DNA of 59,443 nt from an uncultured Mycoplasmatota bacterium (lineage in GTDB: Bacteria > Bacillota_I > Bacilli_A > RF39 > UBA660), in the NCBI GenBank assembly GCA_947574215.1, contig CANPIX010000004.1, positions 1-59,443 of the forward strand, in the 5' to 3' direction. The position numbers and the translations under genes were made by a program. Positions within the stretch are counted from its first letter, which is position 1. Each line of letters opens with the position of its first letter. Positions 42,161 through 50,650 of this stretch are shown piece by piece. The notes under the pieces were generated by a model. The model had not been told where the DNA came from. It saw only the letters and a list, made by a program, of their open reading frames with translations, and made no database searches.

Positions 42161-44304
42161 AAAAGGATATTCCTAAACTAGAAGATTTACTAAATATATT
42201 AAAAGGAAATTTTTTAGAAAAAGAATTAAAAGAAGTTGAAAAAGCTTACTTTTTTGCCGAAGAAAAACACAGAGAAAAAGTACGTTTGACAAATGAACCT
42301 TATATTACGCATCCATTAAATGTAGCTTTAATTTTAAGCGAACTAAATGTAGACAAAATTACAATTATGTCTGCTCTTTTGCATGAGGTTATTAATAATG
42401 GAGATACAACAGAAGAAGAATTGCAGAAAAATTTTGGTACAGAAATTACAAGTATTGTAAAAAGTATTAGCACAATCAATAAATTAGAATTACCGGATAG
42501 CAAAGAATCTAGCGCAATTTATTTAAGAAAAGTGCTTGTGGGTCTTGCAGAAGATGTACGTGTTTTGTTTATTAAACTTGCAGATCGCCTTCATAATATG
42601 CGGACTATTTGGGCTGTAAATCCTGAAAAGCAAAAAAGAAAAGCCAATGAAACAATGAATGTGTTAATACCAATTGCCCATCGCTTAGGAATATATTCCA
42701 TTAAAAGTGAATTAGAAGATTTGTGTTTGAGATATTTAAAGCCCGATGTATATGACGATATTTTGAAACATTTAAGTTCTTCTGTAGAAGAATTAAACGA
42801 AGTCTTAGAAGAAATGCAAGAAAGTATTTCTGAAATATTAATAGAACACGGTATTAAGTTCCGTATCAAAAGTCGTGTAAAAAGTATTTATAGTATTTAT
42901 AAAAAATTATCTACCTGGCGTAAATGGAGCGATATATACGATATACTGGCTTTACGTATCATTGTTGAAAAAGAGAGTGAATGCTACCTAACAATAGGCT
43001 TAATTCATTCAAAATTTCGTCCTATTGCCAAACGTTTTAAAGACTATATCGCGATGCCAAAAGAAAATATGTATCAATCTTTGCATACAGGAATTATTGG
43101 AAGAAATGGACATGTTTTTGAAGTACAAGTAAGAACTTATGAAATGGATGAAATAGCTGAAAAAGGAATTGCTTCCCATTTTTCTTATAAAGAAAAAGGA
43201 ACTAAAAAAATTCAGAGTATGATGGAACAAAAATTAGAAATTTTTCGTAATATGATTGAATCTTATAAGGAAAACGAAAACGTAGAAGATTTTGCAAGAA
43301 GTATGAATACAGACTTTTTAGGAGATTTGATTTATGTATTTACTCCAAAAGGCGACGTTGTAGAACTTCCAAAAGGTTCAACACCAATTGACTTTGCTTA
43401 TCGAATTCATTCAAAAGTAGGAGATTCAACCATTGGTGCAATTGTAAATGAGGAAATTGTTCCATTATCTTATGAATTAAAAGACAATGATTGTGTTAAA
43501 ATTAATACGAATAAAAATGGAACACCAAGCAAAGAATGGTTGGAATTTGTAAAAACTACTGGTGCAAAAAATAAAATTAAATCCTATTTTAGTAAACAAG
43601 ATCGTATGGACTACATAGAAAATGGAAAAAACATTTTAGAAAAAGAACTTCGAAAGCAAAAATTATCTTTCAATGAAGTTTTTACAGAAGAAAAACTAGA
43701 AAAAGTTTATAAAGATTTAAAAATAAACGATATGGAAGAAATTTATCTTGCGATAGGTTCATTTCGCTATACCGCTGGGTATGTTATAAAATTGACAACT
43801 GAGGAAAAGCAAACCTTATCGGATGCTTTAATTGAGAAAGTAACCAAAGTCAAAAGTATACCTAAAACCAATAATAAAAATGATATTGTAGTTGGAGAAT
43901 ACAATGACATATTGGTAACATTAGCCAAATGTTGTAAACCTGTAAAAGGAGATAAAATTATTGGTTATATTACTAAAGGAGAAGGAATTTCCGTACACTG
44001 CGCCAATTGTTCTAATATACTAGATAAAAATGAAAGATTGATTTCTGTTTTATGGAGCGAAAAAGAAAATGGAGAATATTATACAGATATTTTCATTGAA
44101 ACGTTAAACGATAAAAATTATGTTACGGATATTATTAATAAAGCAAGTAGCAAAAATATAAATGTTGTCTCTTTGAATATGAATGACACTACAGAAAACT
44201 CTTTATACAATTTAACCATTAAAGTTAAAAATACTACTGAATTAAATGATTTTTTAAATAGTTTGTATTCACTTACTTTTGTAAAGAAAGCAGGAAAAAA
44301 ATAA
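42157..44304 (+). CDS. relA: bifunctional (p)ppGpp synthetase/hydrolase RelA/SpoT homologue
   Basis: HD domain (YITHPLNVALIL...LHEVI), synthetase (YQSLHTGI), TGS (VFTPKGDVVELPKGSTPIDFAYRIHSKVG) and ACT domains. Confidence 0.95.
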   Translation: MKKDIPKLEDLLNILKGNFLEKELKEVEKAYFFAEEKHREKVRLTNEPYITHPLNVALILSELNVDKITIMSALLHEVINNGDTTEEELQKNFGTEITSIVKSISTINKLELPDSKESSAIYLRKVLVGLAEDVRVLFIKLADRLHNMRTIWAVNPEKQKRKANETMNVLIPIAHRLGIYSIKSELEDLCLRYLKPDVYDDILKHLSSSVEELNEVLEEMQESISEILIEHGIKFRIKSRVKSIYSIYKKLSTWRKWSDIYDILALRIIVEKESECYLTIGLIHSKFRPIAKRFKDYIAMPKENMYQSLHTGIIGRNGHVFEVQVRTYEMDEIAEKGIASHFSYKEKGTKKIQSMMEQKLEIFRNMIESYKENENVEDFARSMNTDFLGDLIYVFTPKGDVVELPKGSTPIDFAYRIHSKVGDSTIGAIVNEEIVPLSYELKDNDCVKINTNKNGTPSKEWLEFVKTTGAKNKIKSYFSKQDRMDYIENGKNILEKELRKQKLSFNEVFTEEKLEKVYKDLKINDMEEIYLAIGSFRYTAGYVIKLTTEEKQTLSDALIEKVTKVKSIPKTNNKNDIVVGEYNDILVTLAKCCKPVKGDKIIGYITKGEGISVHCANCSNILDKNERLISVLWSEKENGEYYTDIFIETLNDKNYVTDIINKASSKNINVVSLNMNDTTENSLYNLTIKVKNTTELNDFLNSLYSLTFVKKAGKK

Positions 44305-44747
44305 TGCGAGTGGTTGTACAGCGAAGTAAAGAAAGTAGTGTATGCGTAAATGGAAATTTGGTTTCAAAAATCAAAAAGGGTCTTGTTCTTTTGGTAGGAT
44401 TTACGGACACGGACACCACTGAAGATATTGATTATATAGTTAGAAAAATTGTAAATATGCGTTTGTTTCACGATGAAAATGGAGTAATGAATAAAAGTAT
44501 TTTAGAAGTAGAAGGAAGTATTTTATCTATAAGTCAGTTTACTTTATACGCAGATACAAAAAAAGGCAATCGTCCTTCTTATACAAAAGCCATGAAAAAA
44601 GAAGAAGCAATAAAACTTTATGATTTATTGAATCAAAAACTTAGTAAACAAGTAAAAACACTTACCGGAGTATTTGGTGCGGATATGAAAGTTAGCATTT
44701 TAAACGATGGTCCTATTACTATATTGTTGGATTCAAAGGATAAGTAA
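44304..44747 (+). CDS. dtd: D-aminoacyl-tRNA deacylase
   Basis: MRVVVQRSKESSV...SQFTLYADTKKGNRPSY...NDGPIT signature. Confidence 0.95.
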   Translation: MRVVVQRSKESSVCVNGNLVSKIKKGLVLLVGFTDTDTTEDIDYIVRKIVNMRLFHDENGVMNKSILEVEGSILSISQFTLYADTKKGNRPSYTKAMKKEEAIKLYDLLNQKLSKQVKTLTGVFGADMKVSILNDGPITILLDSKDK

Positions 44748-44827
44748 ACTAAGAAGTTGGAACTAGAAATTAACTATAAGACATGAATGAAATGGGTACT
44801 AATTTTTAACACCTTTTTATTTGCCTG

Positions 44828-44836
44828 TGCTATAAT
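44828..44836 (+). promoter_or_regulatory. extended -10 element (TGCTATAAT) upstream of murE
   Basis: TGnTATAAT match 22 nt upstream of ATG 44858. Confidence 0.35.
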
Positions 44837-44857
44837 ACTAGTAAAGTGAGGTATATT

Positions 44858-46222
44858 ATGTTAGAGTTAAAAACTGATTCTAGAAAAGTAGAAAAGGGAG
44901 ATACATTTCTTGCGATTCGTAACGTAAATCGAGATGGACATGATTATATAGAGCAAGCCATTCAAAATGGTGCAAGTAAAATAATTTGTGAAAAAGGATC
45001 CTACTCAGTAGAAACTGAAATCGTATCAAATACAAAAGAGTATTTAAATGAATATTTGTATACAAATTATTACCCTAAAATAAAAGATATGAATTTTATT
45101 GGAGTGACAGGCACCAATGGAAAAACGACAATTTGTTTTCTAGTGTATCAAATGCTTAAAAAATTAGGTCATAACCCAGCGTATATTGGAACCATTGGAT
45201 TTTATTATAAAGATACAAAAAAAGAATTAAATAATACAACGCCTGATACGGATCTTTTATATGAAATGTTTCTAGAAGCAAAAGAAAATAATTGTGATAC
45301 CATTGTGATGGAAATAAGTAGTCATGCACTCGATAAAAATAGAATTTATGGACTAGAGTTTGATGAAGTGGCGTTTACAAATTTAACCCAAGATCATTTG
45401 GATTATCATGAAACAATGGATAAATATAAAGAAGCCAAACAAAAACTATTTAAACGTACGCGTAATCAAAAAATTGCCATTATCAATGGAGATGATCAGT
45501 ATGGAAAAGATTTTATATTTGATGAAAACAACAATACAATTATAAGTGCAAACAGCGGAAATTGCACGATTACTAGTATAGACTTTTCTCACTTGGATAC
45601 AAAAATCACCTTTTCTTTTGAAAAGACCAGTTACGAAACTACAATAAAAATGGTTGGAAGATACAACGTATACAATTACTTAACTGCACTTTTTCTTGTT
45701 AAAAATTTAGGGCATTCTATTGAAGAAATTTTAAATTTATCCAATGGATTGTCTGCCCCAAATGGACGTATGGAAAAAATAGATTATAAAACCAATAGTA
45801 TTTTTATTGATTATGCTCATACACCTGATGCTGTTGAAAATGTTTTAAAAAGTGCTGAAGAATATAAAAAAGGAAAAATAATTACAATAATAGGTTGTGG
45901 AGGAGATAGAGACCCGATGAAACGTCCTATAATGGGAAAAATTGCCGAAAAATTTTCAGATTATGTTCTTTTTACAAATGATAATCCTCGTACAGAAGAT
46001 GAAAGGAAAATTATGAACGACATTTTATCAGGCGTACAAAAAGATAATCATGAAGTTATTTTTGATAGAAAAGAAGCCATTCGTAAAGGAATAGAACTTT
46101 TAAAAGAAAATGATATTTTAATGATCTTAGGGAAAGGTCACGAAGATTATCAAATTATTGGCACTGAAAAACACCATTTTAGTGATAAAGAAGTTGTCGA
46201 AGAATATACAAAAGTAAATTAA
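44858..46222 (+). CDS. murE: UDP-N-acetylmuramoyl-tripeptide synthetase MurE (DNPR motif, meso-DAP type)
   Basis: GVTGTNGKTT P-loop. DNPR motif in FTNDNPRTED. Confidence 0.9.
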   Translation: MLELKTDSRKVEKGDTFLAIRNVNRDGHDYIEQAIQNGASKIICEKGSYSVETEIVSNTKEYLNEYLYTNYYPKIKDMNFIGVTGTNGKTTICFLVYQMLKKLGHNPAYIGTIGFYYKDTKKELNNTTPDTDLLYEMFLEAKENNCDTIVMEISSHALDKNRIYGLEFDEVAFTNLTQDHLDYHETMDKYKEAKQKLFKRTRNQKIAIINGDDQYGKDFIFDENNNTIISANSGNCTITSIDFSHLDTKITFSFEKTSYETTIKMVGRYNVYNYLTALFLVKNLGHSIEEILNLSNGLSAPNGRMEKIDYKTNSIFIDYAHTPDAVENVLKSAEEYKKGKIITIIGCGGDRDPMKRPIMGKIAEKFSDYVLFTNDNPRTEDERKIMNDILSGVQKDNHEVIFDRKEAIRKGIELLKENDILMILGKGHEDYQIIGTEKHHFSDKEVVEEYTKVN

Positions 46223-46237
46223 GAATTTACTTTTTTT
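46214..46237 (+). terminator. rho-independent terminator after murE
   Basis: GTAAATT-aag-AATTTAC hairpin followed by T7. An extended -10 TGTTATAAT (46239-46247) follows immediately. Confidence 0.45.
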
Positions 46238-46268
46238 ATGTTATAATCGATAGTAACAAGGTGAAAAA

Positions 46269-48143
46269 ATGAAATACGAAATAAAAAATGGAAGTGTTTT
46301 TTTAAACGGAAATTCTATATTGGACGAAATAAATTTCGATATTACTGAAAAAAGTCACATTGGCGTTGTAGGTAAGAATGGAAGTGGAAAAACAACTTTA
46401 TTAAAATCTTTGATAAACAATGAAATGTTAGAAGAAGGAATTGAAGAAACCTCACTATTCATAAACAAAATAGGAAACTTTTCTATCGGGTATTTAGAAC
46501 AAGTCACGTTCGATAATGAAAATACAACTCTTTTTGAAGAAATAAAAAAATCTTTTCAAGAAATAATAGATTTAGAGAAAAAAATAGATACATTGGTTAA
46601 GAAAATGGAAACCAATTCCTCATTGAAATTTATAAATGAATACACCACTTGTTTGGAACGATACGAAACTTTAGGAGGGTATACTTACCAAAAAGAATAC
46701 GAAATCATGCTAAAAAAATTTGGTTTCACAGAAGACGATAAATGTAAAAAAATAAGCTCTTTTTCGGGTGGGGAAAGAACAAAAATTGCATTTTTAAAAT
46801 TACTACTAAAAAAACCAGATATTTTATTTTTAGATGAGCCAACCAATCATTTAGATATCGAGGCAATCGTTTGGTTAGAAAATTATTTAAAAAACTATAA
46901 AAAAGCTTTTGTAGTGGTTTCTCATGATCGTATGTTTTTAAACAATATTGCAAACACCATATACAATATTTCTAATAAAAGAGTTATAAAATATGTAGGA
47001 AATTACGAAGACTTTGAACGGATAAGAAAAGAAAATTATGAAAAAAATGTAAAAAATTATGATTTACAACAAAAGGAAATAAAAAGATTAAGAACACTTT
47101 ATGAAAAATTTAGATACAAACCTTCCAAAGCAAGTATGGCGTTATCTCAACTTCGTAGAATAGAAAGAATGGAGAAGATTGATAAACCCCTAAGAATTAG
47201 TGAAAAAACATTTAAAACCAATTTAAATACAATGGAACCTAGTGGCAAAACCGTTTGTACTTTAAAAAATTTAGAAGTCGGTTTTACAGTTCCTTTCTTT
47301 ACTTTGAATTTAGAAATTTTAAATGGAGAAAAAATTGGCGTAATTGGAGCGAACGGAAGTGGAAAATCAACACTTTTGAAAACCATTTTTGGAATACTAA
47401 AACCGCTTCACGGCAATGTTTCTTTTGGCTATCATGTTCGTATTGGATATTTTGACCAGTCTCTAAAAATGAACCAGGAAGAACATACGATTTTAGAAGA
47501 GTTTAAAAGCGCTTTTCCAAATTGTTTGGATAACGAAGCTAGAAATGCATTAGGAGCTTTTCTTTTTACAGGAGAAGAAACAAATAAAAAAGTATCGGTT
47601 TTATCTGGAGGAGAAAAAGTACGCTTACAATTGTGTAAAATTTTATACAATAAACCTAACTTTCTTTTGTTGGATGAACCAACCAACCACTTGGATTTGG
47701 TAGGAAAAGAACAGTTAGAATCAATTTTACAGTGTTACAAAGGAACGATATTGTTTGTTTCCCATGATCGATATTTTGTAAAAAAAATTGCATCAAAATT
47801 AATTGTTTTTGGGGAAACGGGAGCAAGTATTTTTCCTTATGGCTACGAAGAATATGTAAATAAGAAAAAAGAAAAAGAAATAGAAATTCCAAAAACAAAT
47901 AAAATAGAGAAAAATACAGAAAAGAAAAGTAATCCTTTTGCTTCTCTAAAAAAAATAGAAAATGAACTAGAAAAATTAGAGAAAGAAAAAAAGTTAACAT
48001 TGGAAGAAATGTATAAAAAAGAAAATTTTCTAGATTATATCAAACAAAATGAAATGCAAAAAAATCTAAATCAAATTGAAGAAAAATTAAAATTACTAGA
48101 AAAAAATTGGGAAGAATTAACGGAATTAGAGAACAAAAACTAG
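46269..48143 (+). CDS. ABC-F family ATPase with C-terminal coiled coil
   Basis: Two ABC cassettes (GKNGSGKTT/LSGGE-like FSGGER and GANGSGKST/LSGGEK) and no TM domain. Confidence 0.9.
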   Translation: MKYEIKNGSVFLNGNSILDEINFDITEKSHIGVVGKNGSGKTTLLKSLINNEMLEEGIEETSLFINKIGNFSIGYLEQVTFDNENTTLFEEIKKSFQEIIDLEKKIDTLVKKMETNSSLKFINEYTTCLERYETLGGYTYQKEYEIMLKKFGFTEDDKCKKISSFSGGERTKIAFLKLLLKKPDILFLDEPTNHLDIEAIVWLENYLKNYKKAFVVVSHDRMFLNNIANTIYNISNKRVIKYVGNYEDFERIRKENYEKNVKNYDLQQKEIKRLRTLYEKFRYKPSKASMALSQLRRIERMEKIDKPLRISEKTFKTNLNTMEPSGKTVCTLKNLEVGFTVPFFTLNLEILNGEKIGVIGANGSGKSTLLKTIFGILKPLHGNVSFGYHVRIGYFDQSLKMNQEEHTILEEFKSAFPNCLDNEARNALGAFLFTGEETNKKVSVLSGGEKVRLQLCKILYNKPNFLLLDEPTNHLDLVGKEQLESILQCYKGTILFVSHDRYFVKKIASKLIVFGETGASIFPYGYEEYVNKKKEKEIEIPKTNKIEKNTEKKSNPFASLKKIENELEKLEKEKKLTLEEMYKKENFLDYIKQNEMQKNLNQIEEKLKLLEKNWEELTELENKN

Positions 48144-48170
48144 CAAAAATGCTTAATTTGCTAGTTTTTT
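48140..48170. terminator. bidirectional terminator between the ABC-F gene and the convergent endolysin gene
   Basis: CTAGCAAA-aatgcttaa-TTTGCTAG perfect 8-bp stem. An A-run precedes it and T6 follows. Each arm contains the stop codon of one of the two convergent genes. Confidence 0.6.
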
Positions 48171-48997
48171 ATTTGGATGGCATCAATTTCTTTACCATAG
48201 ATTCCCGCATAACCTTGATTTGTATTATCTACTTTAGAAACCCAAGGCAACCAGTTTCCGTTTTTTAAATGAACACGGTAAATTGCATTTTTGATTTGCA
48301 CACCATCTATATTTTTAAAATTTTTTATTGAAGGCGTTTGATTGTTATTTAACCATTCGCTCCAATTCTTTTGTTCTTTAAAATGAAGTCGGTACACGAG
48401 TTTGTCAATTTTTATTCCTCCAATAGAGTTACCAAAATTTCCCGCGTATTCGTTTGTATGATTTGTCACTATAGGAAGCCATTTTTCTTTTTTATTATCG
48501 TATACTTGGTAATGAATCGAATCGTCTATTTTTTGGTTTAAATATTGATAAAAAGAAGTACAGCAAGATTTGGTCATGGATTTAGATTCATCTCCAAACC
48601 ATTTTCTTGGTTTTACATCAATGTGAGTATAATAATTATTTCCACCACATTTATATCCAATCCCAAATTGATGGCCTAAATCCTCTAAAGCAAGAACAAC
48701 AACTTTACTATCTATTTTTTTTCCAAAGGAATCCAGAAAACAAATATCACAAGCGTATCCTTGATGGGTGTTGCTGCCAGTTCCCCCAATAGTACTCTCA
48801 TAGCTTTTGCATCGATAACCACTAGAAATATTCCCTCGAACCGCTCCTATTTTTTTCATTACTTGTTCTAAAAGAAAGGGCAAAGTGTCTGCAATAAGAA
48901 TATTATGCTCTCTACCACATTTGCATTTCCATTCAGAAACGTTAAAATGTTCAGTCAATTGTGTACAATCCCTAGAATCGTATTTTATTAATTTCAT
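48161..48997 (-). CDS. endolysin-like peptidoglycan hydrolase: N-terminal M15 (Peptidase_M15_3-type) zinc peptidase plus three C-terminal ChW-like repeats
   Basis: SGYRC..Y...GG...SNTHQGYACD...THIDV (H-x6-D...H zinc site). C-terminal repeats of the form YRVHLKNGNWLPWV...GYAGIYGKEIDAIQIK. No signal peptide. 4-nt overlap with the upstream holin gene. Confidence 0.8.
   Translation of the reverse strand: MKLIKYDSRDCTQLTEHFNVSEWKCKCGREHNILIADTLPFLLEQVMKKIGAVRGNISSGYRCKSYESTIGGTGSNTHQGYACDICFLDSFGKKIDSKVVVLALEDLGHQFGIGYKCGGNNYYTHIDVKPRKWFGDESKSMTKSCCTSFYQYLNQKIDDSIHYQVYDNKKEKWLPIVTNHTNEYAGNFGNSIGGIKIDKLVYRLHFKEQKNWSEWLNNNQTPSIKNFKNIDGVQIKNAIYRVHLKNGNWLPWVSKVDNTNQGYAGIYGKEIDAIQIKN
48164..48517 (-). 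repeat. three ChW-like (clostridial hydrophobic W) cell-wall-binding repeats, at protein level
   Basis: IHYQVYDNKKEKWLPIV..GGIKIDK, VYRLHFKEQKNWSEWL..DGVQIKN and IYRVHLKNGNWLPWV..IDAIQIKN. Confidence 0.6.
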
Positions 48998-49275
48998 AAA
49001 TCCTCCTTTTGGTTTAAAATGGTTTTTAAAATGATATTGATATTGTGAAAAATGTCATAAATGCCACCCGCCGCAATTCCAGAAACAGCAATTGCCATAT
49101 TAAAATCTTTAGTAAAAAACCATTCTGTAAAAGCAACGCTGATACCAATGAGGGCATTTTGAACAGGAATCATATAATTCTCAAACCAAGGGAGCTTCTT
49201 AGCTATTTTCCCCGTAATCCAAGATATCAATAAGGTAATAGTACAAAAAAATTCAGTTGAGTTTTCTTTTATCAT
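48994..49275 (-). CDS. holin (93 aa, 2-3 TM segments, charged C-terminus)
   Basis: Hydrophobic segments FFCTITLLISWITGKIA, IPVQNALIGISVAFTEWFF and MAIAVSGIAAGGIYDIF. Tail KTILNQKEDL. Lies immediately upstream of the endolysin and overlaps it. Confidence 0.7.
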   Translation of the reverse strand: MIKENSTEFFCTITLLISWITGKIAKKLPWFENYMIPVQNALIGISVAFTEWFFTKDFNMAIAVSGIAAGGIYDIFHNINIILKTILNQKEDL

Positions 49276-49808
49276 AAATGTAGGGTGATTTCATTCATAT
49301 GATCAAAATAAGAATGAGAATAAGTCTTCATTGTTTTAAAGATTTGACTTTCTAAAAAAGAAATAGTGTCTAAGGCATGCTGGTACGAAGCAACCACAAT
49401 CCCTTTTTTTTGAACTAAAAAACTTTGTTGGATCCGATAAGAAGTAAAATTGTTTTCTAATTGAAAAAAAGTATAGGTTTTTTCATTATTTTGTTTTGTC
49501 AAAGATGATTTTATTTTTTTGTTATTTGCAAGAACATAACTATAAATTGGACCAATAAAATGAGAATGAAACAAACGAAATTCTAAAACGTCGTAACTTC
49601 TAATTTTAGGTTTTTGGTACCATTCTAATTTTATAACAACAAAAGATTCTAGAAAATTTGTAGGAATTGTATAAACAGATATTTTTTTGTATTTGGACTC
49701 AAAAAAATAAAATTCTTTGTTAAGGATTAGTTCTTCTTTAGCTTGAGTATTTTTATAGCCAACAAAAAAAACAATCAAAACCAAAAGAATTTGTATTCTT
49801 TTCACCAC
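49272..49808 (-). CDS. secreted hypothetical protein; first gene of the holin-endolysin operon
   Basis: AAGGAGG RBS upstream of an in-frame GTG at 49808. Signal peptide KRIQILLVLIVFFVGYKNTQA/KEE. ATGA overlap with the holin gene. Confidence 0.5.
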   Translation of the reverse strand: MVKRIQILLVLIVFFVGYKNTQAKEELILNKEFYFFESKYKKISVYTIPTNFLESFVVIKLEWYQKPKIRSYDVLEFRLFHSHFIGPIYSYVLANNKKIKSSLTKQNNEKTYTFFQLENNFTSYRIQQSFLVQKKGIVVASYQHALDTISFLESQIFKTMKTYSHSYFDHMNEITLHL

Positions 49809-49888
49809 AAGCACCTCCTTTCTTATTTCATCATAAAGATTGTTTTCGTTTTGTAAAAGCAACATAAAGTTCCGTCCCTAAAGCCAAT

Positions 49889-49913
49889 TGTCGAAACCTG
49901 TCGTTTCTTGTCG
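49889..49913. promoter_or_regulatory. three TGTCG motifs phased at exactly 10 bp in the divergent control region
   Basis: TTGTCGAA (49888), CTGTCGTT (49898) and TTGTCGAA (49908). This locally GC-richer patch lies inside the 217-bp intergenic region between the lysis operon and the toxin operon. Confidence 0.4.
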
Positions 49914-50025
49914 AATTAAGAATTCAATTTGTATTCTTAAACTAAGAAAGGAGAACGTATATGCAAACGTAAAATAAGAAAAATTTTTTTAGTAAAAGTC
50001 ATAAAAAGAAAGAAGAGGAGAAAAA

Positions 50026-50640
50026 ATGAATTTAGACGAATTATATTTTAAAGATAATTTTACAAAAGAGGGAGATAAGGTTGATTTAGAAATCAATAAA
50101 CTAACAGCAGAATGTATTACAAGTAAAAATAATAACTTTCATTTAGATAGTTCTGGGAACTTAAGTGTTTATTCAATTACTACAGAAAAGCCAATTGTAA
50201 CAGAAACTTTAACAGACGTACTTTATCCAATAGGTTCCATTTACATGAATGTGAATCCGGTAAGTCCAAGTGCTTTATTGGGTGGAACATGGGAACAAAT
50301 AAAAGATAGATTTTTATTAGCGTGTGGAAATAATTATATAAATGGAACAATGGGTGGAAGTGAATCTCATTTTCATGAAACAACCAATCATGAGCTTACT
50401 TACGAGGAAATGCCTTCACACAGACATATTGGGCTTTTTTGTGACAACGATATAAGATTAAACAACAATGGTGGAACAGAAAGTTATTCTTTAACTTGGA
50501 CAGGAGGAAATAAAGGACACACCGTGCCATTTGTAACAGGACCTGCCGGGGCTTCAAAAGCTCACAACCATGGAAACACGAATAACGCTAGTAGTATGCC
50601 ACCTTATTTAGCGGTCTACGTATGGAAAAGAATTGCATAA
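50026..50640 (+). CDS. phage tail-fibre/baseplate-like protein (C-terminal His-rich receptor-binding-type domain)
   Basis: GAGGAG RBS. YPIGSIYMNVNPVSPSALLGGTWEQIKDRFLL...GGSESHFHE..HELTYEEMPSHRH...AHNHGN...MPPYLAVYVWKRIA matches the conserved C-terminal module of prophage tail-fibre/baseplate proteins of Bacillota. Confidence 0.65.
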   Translation: MNLDELYFKDNFTKEGDKVDLEINKLTAECITSKNNNFHLDSSGNLSVYSITTEKPIVTETLTDVLYPIGSIYMNVNPVSPSALLGGTWEQIKDRFLLACGNNYINGTMGGSESHFHETTNHELTYEEMPSHRHIGLFCDNDIRLNNNGGTESYSLTWTGGNKGHTVPFVTGPAGASKAHNHGNTNNASSMPPYLAVYVWKRIA

Positions 50641-50650
50641 GGGTGTTTTT

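Noticed and set aside
49961-49972. Mini-ORF ATG-CAA-ACG-TAA (MQT) with a strong upstream AAAGGAG in the divergent control region.
   Set aside because: At three codons it is too short to distinguish a leader peptide from chance in AT-rich DNA. It is noted only.
48161-50640. Interpretation of the holin, endolysin and tail-fibre-like genes as an ordinary prophage end.
   Set aside because: No other phage structural, replication or integration genes are seen in the window. The lysis genes are divergent from the tail-fibre-like gene rather than downstream of it. The left neighbour is a housekeeping gene separated only by a terminator. A degraded prophage remnant cannot be fully excluded, because the right side continues beyond the window.
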